Positions 53,009-63,544 of a DNA stretch of 64,000 bases are shown here, piece after piece. The stretch is taken from positions 4,740 to 68,739 of the forward strand of contig CAZSKN010000009.1 in assembly GCA_964607445.1 (NCBI GenBank), written 5' to 3'. Below the pieces are notes generated by a model. It did no database searches and was not told the DNA's origin. It saw only the letters and a list, made by a program, of their open reading frames with translations. The DNA comes from an uncultured Caulobacterales bacterium (lineage in GTDB: Bacteria > Pseudomonadota > Alphaproteobacteria > Caulobacterales > Maricaulaceae). A program made the translations under genes and the position numbers. How positions within the stretch are numbered: position 1 is the first letter of the stretch; each line of letters starts with the position of its first letter.

Positions 53009-54428
53009 GAGGGTCCTTTGTATCTCTTTTCACCGTTACGACATCTTGGAGTCTCGCCAAAGTTTCGCTCTTGCCAAGCAAAGCCAATACCCAAGATAAA
53101 TCTGGGGAGGGCGCACCACCCGTCAAGGCTGCGCGAACAGGTTGACCGATTTTTCCAAAGCCGATGTCATTATCGGCCGCATATTTTGTCAGGACAGTTT
53201 GAAGTCTCTCCGCTGTCCATTGCGCTCCTTCTATAGCCTGGAGCTGTAAAATTAAAGTGCCTATATGTCCTATTGCGTCATTTTTTAGCGACTTTTTGGC
53301 TTTTCCTGTGATCTCTAATGGACGGTTAAGTATGAGATAGCGAGCCTGCTCTGCTAGTTCGACTAAGGTTTTGGAACGTGGTTTCAATGTTGGCATAGCT
53401 AATTTGATTTTATCACGCAACTCTGGGGGTAAGGGTTGTGTATTGAGCGTTTCTAAAAAGGGTAATGCGGCGTCAAGCAACGCCGTATCGTCTGTATTCA
53501 AAACGTGTTGACCGTTGATAAAGTCCATCTTGTCAAAATCAAGTCGTGCAGGTGCATTATTGAGACCCTCCAAATTAAAATTCTCTATTGCAGCGTCGCC
53601 AAGAAAAATTTCAACGTCACCCCGTGCCCACCCCAATTTGAGGAGGTAATTTCGTAAGCCAGACGGTAAATACCCCATGTCTTTATAAGCTTCGATAGCT
53701 AAGGCGCCATGTCGTTTAGAGAGTTTCTTCCCGTCCGGCCCATGGATAAGCGGAACATGGGTCCAATTCGGTGTGTCCCATCCTAACGCGTGATAAATCA
53801 AACTTTGTCGGCCAGCATTTATAAGATGATCATCACCACGAATAACGTGGGTTATGCCCATATTATGATCATCAACGACGACCGCCAACATATATGTGGG
53901 GCTGCCGTCCGCTCTCAAGAGGACAAGATCATCAAAGTTTTCATTCTGCCATTTAACATCCCCTTGCACGTTGTCCTGAATATGGGTTTGACCATCGGGA
54001 ACGCGAAAACGAATGGTATACGGCGCGTCTTTGATTAAGGTTTCATTACGGTAAGGACTTCTAAACGCATGTCCTTCAGCTCGGCTTGCTTCACGTAGGG
54101 TTTCCAGTTCTTGAGGGGTGCAATAACACCGGTAAGCGGCACCACGTTCAAGAAGTTCATGCGCGGTTTTCACATGTTCTGGCGCATTCGCGTGCTGGTA
54201 AACAACATCCCCGTCATGATCTAATCCCAGCCACGCCATTCCCTCCAAAATAGCGTGTGTGGCTTGTGGGGTTGAACGGGTTCTGTCGGTATCTTCGATA
54301 CGGAGTTTAAAGTCACCTCCCATATGTCGTGCATATAGCCAGTTAAACAAGGCTGTGCGGGCACCACCAATATGTAAAAATCCTGTGGGGGAGGGGGCAA
54401 ACCGAGTTATTACCTTTTGTGTCGTCAT
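52998..54428 (-). CDS. gltX: Glutamate--tRNA ligase
   Basis: 476 aa with [19 protein letters not shown] (HIGH) and KLSKRHG (KMSKS). Its 3' end overlaps the gltA start by 11 nt. Confidence 0.96.
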   Translation of the reverse strand: MTTQKVITRFAPSPTGFLHIGGARTALFNWLYARHMGGDFKLRIEDTDRTRSTPQATHAILEGMAWLGLDHDGDVVYQHANAPEHVKTAHELLERGAAYRCYCTPQELETLREASRAEGHAFRSPYRNETLIKDAPYTIRFRVPDGQTHIQDNVQGDVKWQNENFDDLVLLRADGSPTYMLAVVVDDHNMGITHVIRGDDHLINAGRQSLIYHALGWDTPNWTHVPLIHGPDGKKLSKRHGALAIEAYKDMGYLPSGLRNYLLKLGWARGDVEIFLGDAAIENFNLEGLNNAPARLDFDKMDFINGQHVLNTDDTALLDAALPFLETLNTQPLPPELRDKIKLAMPTLKPRSKTLVELAEQARYLILNRPLEITGKAKKSLKNDAIGHIGTLILQLQAIEGAQWTAERLQTVLTKYAADNDIGFGKIGQPVRAALTGGAPSPDLSWVLALLGKSETLARLQDVVTVKRDTKDPHGK

Positions 54429-54446
54429 TTTTAAAAATTTGTCCTA

Positions 54447-56858
54447 ATGTGGGGCACGGGGGGCTTTCTATCACATATGAAGACGAAAATGCATAGGGCA
54501 AACGCCCAGAGCTCGCAGATTAATATCTCGGGTCAATCGCGCGAGACACCTCGGATATCACATCCGGGCTTTATACGGCATCTTATCAGAAGTGTGCAGG
54601 CGCAGTCTCGCCCTATGGCGTTTCAAAAGTTTGACGTTGCAGTCATTATGTTTGGCGCGGGAATCGGTGTCTATTTTTCTGCACCTTTTGAGCCATCCCT
54701 CAAATATTTAAGCCTATTCCTTGTTCTATTGGCGGGGGTGCTTTTAGGGACATACAGGCAGTTGGAAAAGCTTGAGTTTGAATCGCCCGCTTTGCACTCC
54801 AATCTCTCTAAAATCTTTATAGGGGTTTCGGTTCTGTTTTGTCTTCTATTAGGTGCCTTTCGGTCCGGATTACATTCGGCATCTGTGGCAACTTCGTTTC
54901 TAGAGAGTAAGCGTCAATCCTATGTCGTGACAGGGTGGGTCGAAGCTATTGAAACATCTGGACGGGGGCACCGTTGGCGTTTGCGGGTCAAGAAGATTGA
55001 AAATAGATTCGGCGATATCATTACCCCTGTGCCGCGTAAAATCCGTGTAAGAGCTAATGGAGAGGGTATAGGTGTCGGGCAGGGCGTTAGGCTTAAGGCC
55101 TTGTTGACCTCCCCTCCGGGACCCGTTGTGCCGGGCGGTTATGATCCAGCGCGGCGTGCTTTTTTTCAAAATATCGGCGCTTACGGCTTTGCCATATCTG
55201 AGCCTGAGAGCGTGAAGGTGGACACGGATAATCTGCTCGAAACTACGGTGCGAGCGCTGGCCCGGTTTCGCTATAAATTGGCTGACAGGATATTAGTTAC
55301 GGCACCAGAAGATACAGCCGGCTTGCAAGTCGCTCTGTTAACAGGGGTGCGTAGCTATATCCCGAAAGACCAAACAGAAGCTTTGCGCGATACGGGGCTT
55401 GCGCATGTTCTTGCTATATCTGGGCTGCATATGGGGTTGTTATCTGGGGGCGGTTATTATCTTGTTACCTTGTTTTTAGCAATGATTGCACCGCTGTCGC
55501 GACGTTTCGATGTCCGGAAATTTGCGGCGATCGCAGGCATGGGGCTGGCAACGGCTTATTTATTATTATCGGGCGCGAGCGTGTCAACGCAACGGGCTTA
55601 TATTATGGCCATTATTGTATTTCTTGCGGTGATTTTAGACAGGCGAGCGTTTTCCATGCGCTCCGTTGCGGTCGCGGCAGCCGTAACATTATGGCTGCAT
55701 CCCGAAAGCCTCATATCTGCCGGATTTCAAATGTCTTTTTCGGCCGCAGCAGCGCTTGTGGCTTTTTATGGATATTGGCAAAATTTCAAGCAGGAACGCT
55801 ATGGTCACTTACCCTATAAAACCGGGTGGGCCGTTAAGATAGGTCGTAATCTGAGTGCCGTGACAACAACAAGTTTTGTCGCTGGTGGTGCCACAGGTGG
55901 ATTTGCCATGTTACATTTCAATCGCATTGCTAATTACGGATTGATCGGGAATATGCTGGCTATGCCGGTTTTCACCGCCATAGTTATGCCGGCAGCTTTA
56001 ATGTCATTTTTGCTAATGCCTTTTGGCGCCGAGGCATTTGGCCTTAAAATTATGGGCGCCGGCTTGGATTTTATCTTGGTTATAGCCTATTGGGTGACAG
56101 ATTTGAAAGGCGCTATTAGTCATATTCGGTCGGCACCGGGGTTTGTTATTGGACTTTTTGGACTCGGGTTCACCGCCCTATGTATTGGATCTTGGTGGTT
56201 TAAATGGGCTGGAATGAGCCTGATTACGATGTGTTTTGTGATTTGGGGCGTGTCACCTCAACCTGATTTACGAATTTCGGATAGTGGGCAAATTGCCTTT
56301 TGGGACAGTCATATTGCGAGTCAGGTCGGGGGTCAGTCACGTCATTTCACCGATAACTCATCCGGTACGCTTTATGTGGGGCGCAAAAGATCGGATCGGT
56401 ATGGGCGCGAGCAATTTATGCAACGTGCGGGTAAAGTCGGCGCACAAACCCGAAGCTATATGGATACACGCGCTTTGTGTGATGGTTTGGCTTGTCGGTT
56501 TGATTTGAAAGGTCGTACGATTTCTGTGGTGTCCCACCCTGAGGCCCTGATTGAAGAATGTGAAGCCTCTGATCTTGTTGTTCTTACAACACGCGAAGCG
56601 GGGCCGCGTATTCGACGTCACTGCAAGGCCGTATTGCGCGATGGTCGTGATTTTTCGAATACAGGCGCGGCAGATATTTATATTTTGGAAAATAAGGGTA
56701 ATGTAGAATCCCGGGCCCCCGATCAAAATCGGAATACGGCATATGCCGTAAAACCTTCACAGATGTTTCGTATCGAGGTTTCAAATACGAAAGCGCGACA
56801 GGCGCGTCCGTGGTCGCGGGGGTGGGCTGAACATCTAAAGCAAAGACAGAGGAATTAG
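54447..56858 (+). CDS. comEC: ComEC/Rec2-family DNA internalisation channel protein
   Basis: 803 aa polytopic protein with a competence domain (GLAHVLAISGLHMG). It holds the conserved position next to lexA. The start is uncertain (54447, 54477 or 54489). Confidence 0.85.
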   Translation: MWGTGGFLSHMKTKMHRANAQSSQINISGQSRETPRISHPGFIRHLIRSVQAQSRPMAFQKFDVAVIMFGAGIGVYFSAPFEPSLKYLSLFLVLLAGVLLGTYRQLEKLEFESPALHSNLSKIFIGVSVLFCLLLGAFRSGLHSASVATSFLESKRQSYVVTGWVEAIETSGRGHRWRLRVKKIENRFGDIITPVPRKIRVRANGEGIGVGQGVRLKALLTSPPGPVVPGGYDPARRAFFQNIGAYGFAISEPESVKVDTDNLLETTVRALARFRYKLADRILVTAPEDTAGLQVALLTGVRSYIPKDQTEALRDTGLAHVLAISGLHMGLLSGGGYYLVTLFLAMIAPLSRRFDVRKFAAIAGMGLATAYLLLSGASVSTQRAYIMAIIVFLAVILDRRAFSMRSVAVAAAVTLWLHPESLISAGFQMSFSAAAALVAFYGYWQNFKQERYGHLPYKTGWAVKIGRNLSAVTTTSFVAGGATGGFAMLHFNRIANYGLIGNMLAMPVFTAIVMPAALMSFLLMPFGAEAFGLKIMGAGLDFILVIAYWVTDLKGAISHIRSAPGFVIGLFGLGFTALCIGSWWFKWAGMSLITMCFVIWGVSPQPDLRISDSGQIAFWDSHIASQVGGQSRHFTDNSSGTLYVGRKRSDRYGREQFMQRAGKVGAQTRSYMDTRALCDGLACRFDLKGRTISVVSHPEALIEECEASDLVVLTTREAGPRIRRHCKAVLRDGRDFSNTGAADIYILENKGNVESRAPDQNRNTAYAVKPSQMFRIEVSNTKARQARPWSRGWAEHLKQRQRN

Positions 56859-56893
56859 ACGCCGATTATATCTTGGATAAGATGTTACAGGCC

Positions 56894-57535
56894 CTAATGA
56901 TACTTACGAATAAGTCCTACTAAAACACCTTGGATTTCAACGCGATCCGCGCCGAAAGTTCGCGTTGGGAAATCAGGATTTTCAGCAATAAGTTCAACCC
57001 CTTGTGAGGATTTATAAAGACGCTTTAATGTGGCTTCTTCTCGGTCAACAAGGGCGACTACAATCTCATTATTGCGGGCTGTATTGGCTTTTTTAATAAT
57101 CACAAGATCACCGTCTAAAATCCCAGCATTGATCATGGAATCGCCTTCTATCTCAAGTGCGTAATGATCCGGAGACATCATATTGGGCGGTACAGAAATC
57201 GTATTATAACTATCTTCCAAAGCCAAAATGGGATTTCCCGCAGCAATTTTACCGACAAATGGAATTTCATACTCATCATTGGCTGCCGTGACCGGTGTAT
57301 CAATTATTGAATGCGCCGGGGCTGTTGGCAATTTAAGAACTTCCAAGGCACGTGCCTTATTGGGTAGTCGTCGGAGAAAACCGCGTTCTTCCAACGCTGT
57401 AATCAAGCGGTGAATGCCCGACTTGCTGGCTAGCCCTAAAGCATCTTTCATTTCATCATAAGAAGGCGGTACGCCCGACGCTTTAATCTTACGATCAATC
57501 AATAAAAGAAGATCTTTTTGTTTCTGCGTCAACAT
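56894..57535 (-). CDS. lexA: LexA repressor
   Basis: 213 aa with a wHTH N-terminus ([13 protein letters not shown]...[17 protein letters not shown]) and an S24 peptidase domain (GDSM, Lys in VIIKK). Confidence 0.96.
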   Translation of the reverse strand: MLTQKQKDLLLLIDRKIKASGVPPSYDEMKDALGLASKSGIHRLITALEERGFLRRLPNKARALEVLKLPTAPAHSIIDTPVTAANDEYEIPFVGKIAAGNPILALEDSYNTISVPPNMMSPDHYALEIEGDSMINAGILDGDLVIIKKANTARNNEIVVALVDREEATLKRLYKSSQGVELIAENPDFPTRTFGADRVEIQGVLVGLIRKYH

Positions 57536-57559
57536 TACGAATCCTTTCGGGAATCAATT

Positions 57560-57574
57560 GAACAAAATAGCAAC
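57560..57574. promoter_or_regulatory. Second, imperfect LexA box (GAAC-N7-CAAC, one mismatch)
   Basis: GAACAAAATAGCAAC lies 25-39 nt upstream of the lexA start. Two operator copies upstream of lexA are common in alphaproteobacteria. Confidence 0.4.
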
Positions 57575-57584
57575 ATGTATATTT

Positions 57585-57599
57585 GTTCTATAGATGTTC
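57585..57599. promoter_or_regulatory. LexA box GTTC-N7-GTTC (perfect) in the lexA promoter region
   Basis: GTTCTATAGATGTTC lies 50-64 nt upstream of the lexA start. It sits between a TTGACA (57612-57607, minus strand) and the start, overlapping a TAGAAC -10 candidate. Confidence 0.7.
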
Positions 57600-57634
57600 T
57601 TCGCTCTGTCAAGGTGAGTAATATATGAAAAATC

Positions 57635-58438
57635 CTAATCCAATAATGCCCGCACCGCTATCTCGACATCGTCTTGCCGCATCAAGCTTTCTCCGATTAG
57701 AAACCCTTGCGCGCCTTGCGTAGTCAAAGTTCGAATATGGGCGCGCGTAAATATACCGCTTTCGGCCACGAGCGTGGCATTTTCGGGTGCATCGGGGGCG
57801 AGGTGTTTGAATGTATCGAGTGAAGTTTCGAATGTGCGTAAATCGCGATTATTAATCCCGATTAGTGTCGCGCCAAGGTTTACGGCGCGGGCCATTTCGG
57901 CTGCGTTATGGGTTTCGATAAGCGCGTCCATACCGAGTTCAACCGCTTCGGCTATTAAAGCGCGGGCTATATCATCATTAATCATCGCCAAAATCACGAG
58001 GATGCAATCTGCCCCCATTGCGCGTGACTCGGTGATTTGAATAGGGTCGAGCATAAAATCTTTACGCAGAAGTGGCAGGTTTGTAGCCCTGCGGACGGTT
58101 TTAAATATGTCAACACTGCCTTGAAACCCTGGTCCGTCGGTCAGCACAGAGAGGCACGCCGCCCCGCCATATGTAAAGGCCTGAGCAATAGCGGTAGGGT
58201 CAAATTTTTTGCGGATAATACCTTTAGACGGGCTGGCTTTTTTGACTTCGCAAATCAGGGCTGTTTTAGGGGCTGTTTGTAGCGCCTTGGTAAAGCCGCG
58301 CGGCGGGACTTGGCTACGCGCGATTTCGCGTAGGTCTTCGATAGAGATTTCATCTTTAAGTTGGGCTACCTCATTGACTTTATAGGCGGCAATTTTCTTG
58401 AGGACATCTGGTGCATCCATTAAGGTGTTACCGACCAT
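57635..58438 (-). CDS. trpC: Indole-3-glycerol phosphate synthase
   Basis: 267 aa with ALICEVKKASPSKG and LRKDF motifs. It is the last gene of the trp cluster. Confidence 0.94.
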   Translation of the reverse strand: MVGNTLMDAPDVLKKIAAYKVNEVAQLKDEISIEDLREIARSQVPPRGFTKALQTAPKTALICEVKKASPSKGIIRKKFDPTAIAQAFTYGGAACLSVLTDGPGFQGSVDIFKTVRRATNLPLLRKDFMLDPIQITESRAMGADCILVILAMINDDIARALIAEAVELGMDALIETHNAAEMARAVNLGATLIGINNRDLRTFETSLDTFKHLAPDAPENATLVAESGIFTRAHIRTLTTQGAQGFLIGESLMRQDDVEIAVRALLD

Positions 58439-59387
58439 TAGAAACCTCTATCAATGTGTTTAAAGCGGCGTGAGCTTTGCCATTATCAAGAGAGTCTATG
58501 GCCATATCTATGCCCGACGCCATGTCATCAGCATGCCCGCCTATCATCAGGGCTGCGCCGGCATTCAATTTGACGATGTCACGGTACTCACTGTGTTGAC
58601 CCGCAAGAAGCTCGGATAAAGCCAATGCGTTCTCAGAGGGATGTCCACCGCGCAAACTTTCTATCGTCGTTAAAGGAATGCCGTAGCTCTGAGGTGCAAT
58701 GGTAAATTCACGTATTTCACCGTTTCTGACTTCGCTGACATAGCTGGGTCCTGTTGTCGTAATCTCGTCCAAACCATCAGAACCATGGACGACCCAAACA
58801 TGCTCCATGCCCAATCTCGTAAATGCCTCTGCCATCAAGTGCCGCCATGTGTCGTTGCTTACGCCGACCAACATGCGTGTCGTGCGCGCCGGATTACTCA
58901 TGGGGCCGAGCAGATTAAACAGAGTGCGTTTGCCAATGGCTTTGCGGGCAGGTCCGACATGACGCATAGCCGGGTGATGATTGGGCGCAAATAAAAAACC
59001 GATACCCGCGCGTTCAACACATTCTGCGGCTTTTTCGGGCGTGATAGCTAAATTAACACCGAGTTCTGAGAGGGTATCCGCGGTGCCAGTCAGGCTGCTG
59101 GCGGCACGATTACCATGTTTGGCTACCCGTAAACCTGCACCCGCGCAGACGAATGCTGTGGCTGTTGAAATGGAAAGCGTATGCAGCCCGGTTCCGCCTG
59201 TACCGACGATATCAACAGCCTTGTCGATAGAAACGGGAGTCATATTTTCACGCATGATCTCGACGCCGATACGGACGTTTTCCGAGGTGAGTCCTGCCGC
59301 ATTAAGATCAACCAAAAAAGATTGGATAGATGCATTATCGCGTTCGCCGCGTAAGATGGCTCGTAATGTATGGGCGAACTCTGTCAC
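58428..59387 (-). CDS. trpD: Anthranilate phosphoribosyltransferase
   Basis: 319 aa with VDIVGTGGTG and KHGNRAASS motifs. Confidence 0.93.
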   Translation of the reverse strand: MTEFAHTLRAILRGERDNASIQSFLVDLNAAGLTSENVRIGVEIMRENMTPVSIDKAVDIVGTGGTGLHTLSISTATAFVCAGAGLRVAKHGNRAASSLTGTADTLSELGVNLAITPEKAAECVERAGIGFLFAPNHHPAMRHVGPARKAIGKRTLFNLLGPMSNPARTTRMLVGVSNDTWRHLMAEAFTRLGMEHVWVVHGSDGLDEITTTGPSYVSEVRNGEIREFTIAPQSYGIPLTTIESLRGGHPSENALALSELLAGQHSEYRDIVKLNAGAALMIGGHADDMASGIDMAIDSLDNGKAHAALNTLIEVSNGR

Positions 59388-59977
59388 GGCTTTAACTTAC
59401 CTGTCCCGATACCTGCAAGTTTCAAAAAATTTCCTATAAGCGCATGACCGTTTTCCGAGGCTATCGATTCAGGATGAAATTGCAATCCATGTATAGGGCG
59501 TGTTTTATGCCGTAGGCTCATGATCTCTCCGTCTTCTACCCATGCATTGATCAAAAGATCTGCGGGCAAACTTTTACGTTCAACAGACAAGCTGTGATAG
59601 CGTGTTGCTTTAAATGGGCTTTCAAGACCTGCAAATAATCCGGTCGTATCATGATGAATGTCAGAGACTTTGCCATGCATAATGTGTTGGGCCCGAATAA
59701 TCTTTCCGCCAAAGGCTTGTCCGATAGATTGTTGACCCAGACATATGCCTAAAATAGGTAAACTTTCGGGGGCTTGGGCGATTACATCAAGGCAAATTCC
59801 GGCCTCATTGGGGGTGCAAGGACCAGGAGAAAGCAAAACGGCGTGTGCGCCCAAGCTTAAGGCCTGCTTCGCGCTCATATCATCATTGCGTATGACTTTC
59901 GTTTCAGCTCCAAGTTCTTGAGCGTAATGCACCAAATTATAGGTAAAGCTGTCATAATTATCGATGACGAGGAGCAT
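59384..59977 (-). CDS. trpG: Anthranilate synthase component II (glutamine amidotransferase)
   Basis: 197 aa with MLLVIDNYDSFTYNL, the GICLG catalytic Cys, and FHPES. Confidence 0.92.
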   Translation of the reverse strand: MLLVIDNYDSFTYNLVHYAQELGAETKVIRNDDMSAKQALSLGAHAVLLSPGPCTPNEAGICLDVIAQAPESLPILGICLGQQSIGQAFGGKIIRAQHIMHGKVSDIHHDTTGLFAGLESPFKATRYHSLSVERKSLPADLLINAWVEDGEIMSLRHKTRPIHGLQFHPESIASENGHALIGNFLKLAGIGTGKLKP

Positions 59978-59980
59978 GTC

Positions 59981-61456
59981 TCAATTCCGATCAAATTTTA
60001 CGGATTGTTCCGCCGCCCGAAACAAGGCAGCAGCTTTATGAAGTGTTTCTTCAAATTCCGATTTGGGGACAGAGTCCATGACGATACCCGCGCCTGCCCG
60101 TACATGTAAAACACCATCTTTAACGATAGCCGTCCGTAGCGCTATGGCTGTATCCATATCTCCATTAGAAGATATATAACCCACTGCACCCGCATATATG
60201 CCACGCTTTTCTTGTTCTAATTCGTCTATTATTTCCATAGCTCGAACTTTCGGGGCGCCGGATACTGTGCCAGCAGGAAAGCCGGCAAAGAGGGCTGAGA
60301 GCGCGTCATGTTCAGCTAAGGCTTCACCTTCAACGTTGGAGACGATATGCATGACATGGCTATATCGTTCGATGGTGAACTGTTCAGTCACTTTAACAGT
60401 GCCAGCTTTCGAGACCCGTCCTACATCATTGCGTCCCAGATCAAGCAACATTAAATGTTCCGCGCATTCTTTGGGGTCTGCGAGTAAGTCTTTTTCATTT
60501 TGAATGTCTTCGGATTTGGTTTTGCCGCGTGGGCGCGTGCCGGCTATAGGGCGGATTGTCACCGTGCCGTCACGAAGGCGTACAAGGATTTCAGGACTGG
60601 AACCTATAATGCTGTGATCGTCAAAATTCAGAAAATACAAAAAGGGCGAGGGGTTCATGCGTCGCAAAGACCGATAAAGGGCGAAGGCGCCGGCAGGGAG
60701 GGGAGCACTTAAACGTTGCCCGATAACAACCTGAAAAATATCGCCGGATAAAATATAATCTTTTGCCTTTTGAACACGATCAGAAAATGCGTTTAAAGTC
60801 GTGCCAAGCTTGGGCGTTATTTTTGGAGTTGGAATATCCTCAATAATACGACCACTTATGGGTAAACTCAGATCGTTGATAACTTTTTTTATTCGGGTTG
60901 TAGCCTTGTCATAAGACCCACCCTTAAAGACTGGAGAGGCGATAATAATCTCTTGGGCCACGGCATCGAAAATACAAATAATTTTCGGTCTTACCATTAT
61001 GGCATCAGGGGTCCCAATGGGGTCAAGCTTGTCGGATTTAAGGGTTTCGATTTGACGGATCATATCATATCCCAGATATCCGAATAATCCTGCCCCCATT
61101 GGCGGAATGTCATCGGGCAGGTCAAAAGCGGTTTCGGCTTGTAGCTTGCGTAACGTTTCAAGCGGTTGTCCGTCTTCTGGGATAAATGCGCCGCCATCTC
61201 TGGATATCTCACTGTCATCGCCAAATGCGCGCCAAATTACGTCCGGAGAAAACCCTAAAAAGGAATAGCGTCCGCGTTGTTCGCCGCCCTGCACGGACTC
61301 AAATAAGAATGCATAAGGTTTGCCTTTTGCGATTTTTAAATACGCCGAGACCGGTGTATCAAGATCATTAATTATACGTGCATAAACAAGTTGAGGTTTA
61401 CCGTCACTTTCACGGCGCTTAAAAGCATCTTTAGAAGGATGAATAGGTGTTGTCAT
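59981..61456 (-). CDS. trpE: Anthranilate synthase component I
   Basis: 491 aa with a chorismate-binding domain (GTVSGAPKVRAMEII, RGIYAGAVGY). Confidence 0.94.
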   Translation of the reverse strand: MTTPIHPSKDAFKRRESDGKPQLVYARIINDLDTPVSAYLKIAKGKPYAFLFESVQGGEQRGRYSFLGFSPDVIWRAFGDDSEISRDGGAFIPEDGQPLETLRKLQAETAFDLPDDIPPMGAGLFGYLGYDMIRQIETLKSDKLDPIGTPDAIMVRPKIICIFDAVAQEIIIASPVFKGGSYDKATTRIKKVINDLSLPISGRIIEDIPTPKITPKLGTTLNAFSDRVQKAKDYILSGDIFQVVIGQRLSAPLPAGAFALYRSLRRMNPSPFLYFLNFDDHSIIGSSPEILVRLRDGTVTIRPIAGTRPRGKTKSEDIQNEKDLLADPKECAEHLMLLDLGRNDVGRVSKAGTVKVTEQFTIERYSHVMHIVSNVEGEALAEHDALSALFAGFPAGTVSGAPKVRAMEIIDELEQEKRGIYAGAVGYISSNGDMDTAIALRTAIVKDGVLHVRAGAGIVMDSVPKSEFEETLHKAAALFRAAEQSVKFDRN

Positions 61457-61493
61457 CTCGGTCGTTGCGCATAAGCGCGTCTCAATTTTGGGG

Positions 61494-63416
61494 CTAGGGT
61501 CCGGTCAGGCCCAAGACCTGTTTAACATTATCAGGAAATTCTCGGACAGGGTTATCTTTAAGTATTGAAGCTTGATAAGCCGCTTGTAAGTCACTGGAAA
61601 TAGCATTGGTGGCTTGTTCTTGTACGACATCAGCAAATTGACCTGCCAAGGCATCCTGATTGGATATGATATCAGTCAGCACCGCGATTTGCCGCGTTAA
61701 AGGTTTCACGCCAGACCCACGTTCAATGTCACCTTCTTTGGCTTTGAATAAAGCTTGGGCCACAAGTGGGCCAACCTTTTCACTCCGCGCACTGCGAACA
61801 ATTACGGCCTCTTCAATCAAAGCCCCATTTTTGAGGCCTTGCGCTATGGTCTCCAGAGTTTCACCTGTTTGCACCTTGCTGGCGAGGTCAAGCATAAGCG
61901 CGCCTAAGGCGTCATCTATTTGTCTGGTTTTCCACGCCGAAATAGCGGAGGATTTAACATCTGAAAAATCTTTAAGTCGGGAATCGCGAATATCATCAAC
62001 CCGTATGGCCGCCCAGCCGCCGCCAGATGTTTGGAAAAGGTCTGTTTGATATCCAATATCATTGGTGAAAATTTCAATGAGGATTTTTTCATCATCTGCA
62101 ATACCCGGAATGACTGAAAACCCGGACATTCTCAGGCCGTCGGGGGTCACACCTGTACGGTCAATGTAGTCAAGTGTGGCTATGCCGACTTTTGTCCGGT
62201 CTGAAACTTCTTCTAAGGTCAAGCCGTCTGTTAATGCATCCTCAATATCCGCTGTGATGTCATAGAGCTTTTCTTCGGCGAGATCTTTGAGGAGGTCGGT
62301 TTTGATATCTTCTTTCTGGGCCTCGAAATCGGGGGCTTCTGCGGCATTAATATCTGTGACTTGCACGGCGTACCAATTTCCCAAACTGCCTAGAAGGGCG
62401 GTGCTCGCACCATTTTCTAGCGTAAAGGCGGCCTTTGAGGTTTCGGGATCAAAAATGTCATCGGCGACAACATCCGTGTATACAATGGGCTCTATTAAAC
62501 CCAGACTATTTGAAATTTCAAAAGCCGTTTCACCCGCATTCAGGCGGTCTACGGCTTTTTGTGCGGTGACTTCATCCGGAGTTGTGATTTGTACCACAGA
62601 CCGCGTTTCTGTCGTCCCTAGCTCTCCAAGTTCAATTTTATAATCATAGGCCGCTTTGATGTCGTCATTTGAAACTTCAATATTTGGTGTAATGTCATGC
62701 GATTCAAGGCGCATTATCGTAATTTTTCGATATTCAGGTGCGGTGTAGCGCGAGGCGAATTCGTCAATATAGGCTTTGAGAACAGTGTCATCAGGGGTTT
62801 CTGGGGCGGGGACGGCTTTCTCGGTCAAGGTGAGGACTTTGGCTTTGCGTTGCTCAGTTAAAAATTTATATCGCTGAACCGCAAAATCCAACGGAGCTTC
62901 AATACCGGCAATAATGGCGGGAACGGTTTGTTGGCGGCGCAAGGAATTATAGATGTCCTCTTCGAAGGATTGACGGGTAATCCGGTTCTGAGCCAAGACT
63001 TCATCGAGTTTATCTTCGCTAAATTCACCCGTAATATCGTTTTGGAAAGTGGGTATTTCTTCTACCACTTTACGCGCCGTTTTGCGATTCACCCCAATGC
63101 CAAGCTCGTTTGCATCCAAAGATATAACGGCATCTGTCAGCATACGCTGGAGAATTTGCGCGTGAATACCTTGATCAAAAGCCTGTTGATTGGTGAGTTG
63201 TTGCCCACTTTCGCGTCCGCGTCTTTGTAATTCACGTCTAAAATCGTCTTCGAACTTTTGTGAACTAATATCAACATCACCAATAGAGAGAACGGCATTC
63301 TTGGTTTGTGGCGTAAACACATCACTGACTCCCCAAACAGCAAAGCCAATCACCAGTAGACCTATTAATATGCCTACGGCTGTTTTCTGTATTTTACCGC
63401 CTATACCTTTTGACAT
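61494..63416 (-). CDS. ppiD: PpiD-like periplasmic chaperone / peptidyl-prolyl isomerase (SurA N-terminal domain protein)
   Basis: 640 aa with an N-terminal membrane anchor (TAVGILIGLLVIGFAVWGVSDVF). Size and synteny (tpiA-ppiD-trpE) are typical for alphaproteobacteria. Confidence 0.8.
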   Translation of the reverse strand: MSKGIGGKIQKTAVGILIGLLVIGFAVWGVSDVFTPQTKNAVLSIGDVDISSQKFEDDFRRELQRRGRESGQQLTNQQAFDQGIHAQILQRMLTDAVISLDANELGIGVNRKTARKVVEEIPTFQNDITGEFSEDKLDEVLAQNRITRQSFEEDIYNSLRRQQTVPAIIAGIEAPLDFAVQRYKFLTEQRKAKVLTLTEKAVPAPETPDDTVLKAYIDEFASRYTAPEYRKITIMRLESHDITPNIEVSNDDIKAAYDYKIELGELGTTETRSVVQITTPDEVTAQKAVDRLNAGETAFEISNSLGLIEPIVYTDVVADDIFDPETSKAAFTLENGASTALLGSLGNWYAVQVTDINAAEAPDFEAQKEDIKTDLLKDLAEEKLYDITADIEDALTDGLTLEEVSDRTKVGIATLDYIDRTGVTPDGLRMSGFSVIPGIADDEKILIEIFTNDIGYQTDLFQTSGGGWAAIRVDDIRDSRLKDFSDVKSSAISAWKTRQIDDALGALMLDLASKVQTGETLETIAQGLKNGALIEEAVIVRSARSEKVGPLVAQALFKAKEGDIERGSGVKPLTRQIAVLTDIISNQDALAGQFADVVQEQATNAISSDLQAAYQASILKDNPVREFPDNVKQVLGLTGP

Positions 63417-63544
63417 TTGCGATCCTTTTTAATTTGACCATGATGTGTTCGGCCTTACATAGCGATGACATAGACTTGCCGCAAGCAATAGCCTTGCTAA
63501 TTTGAAATGAAATCGCATTATAGTCGTGAATACAGGAGTTTGTT

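Noticed and set aside
56859-56893. Short AT-rich inverted repeat (ATCTT-GGAT-AAGAT) between convergent comEC and lexA as a bidirectional terminator.
   Set aside because: It is a 5-bp AT-rich stem without flanking T or A tracts, too weak to support a call.
61457-61493. trp attenuator or leader peptide upstream of trpE.
   Set aside because: Only 37 nt separate the ppiD stop from the trpE start. That leaves no room for a Trp-rich leader ORF or alternative hairpins. Only a trivial GCGC-TTAT-GCGC hairpin is present.
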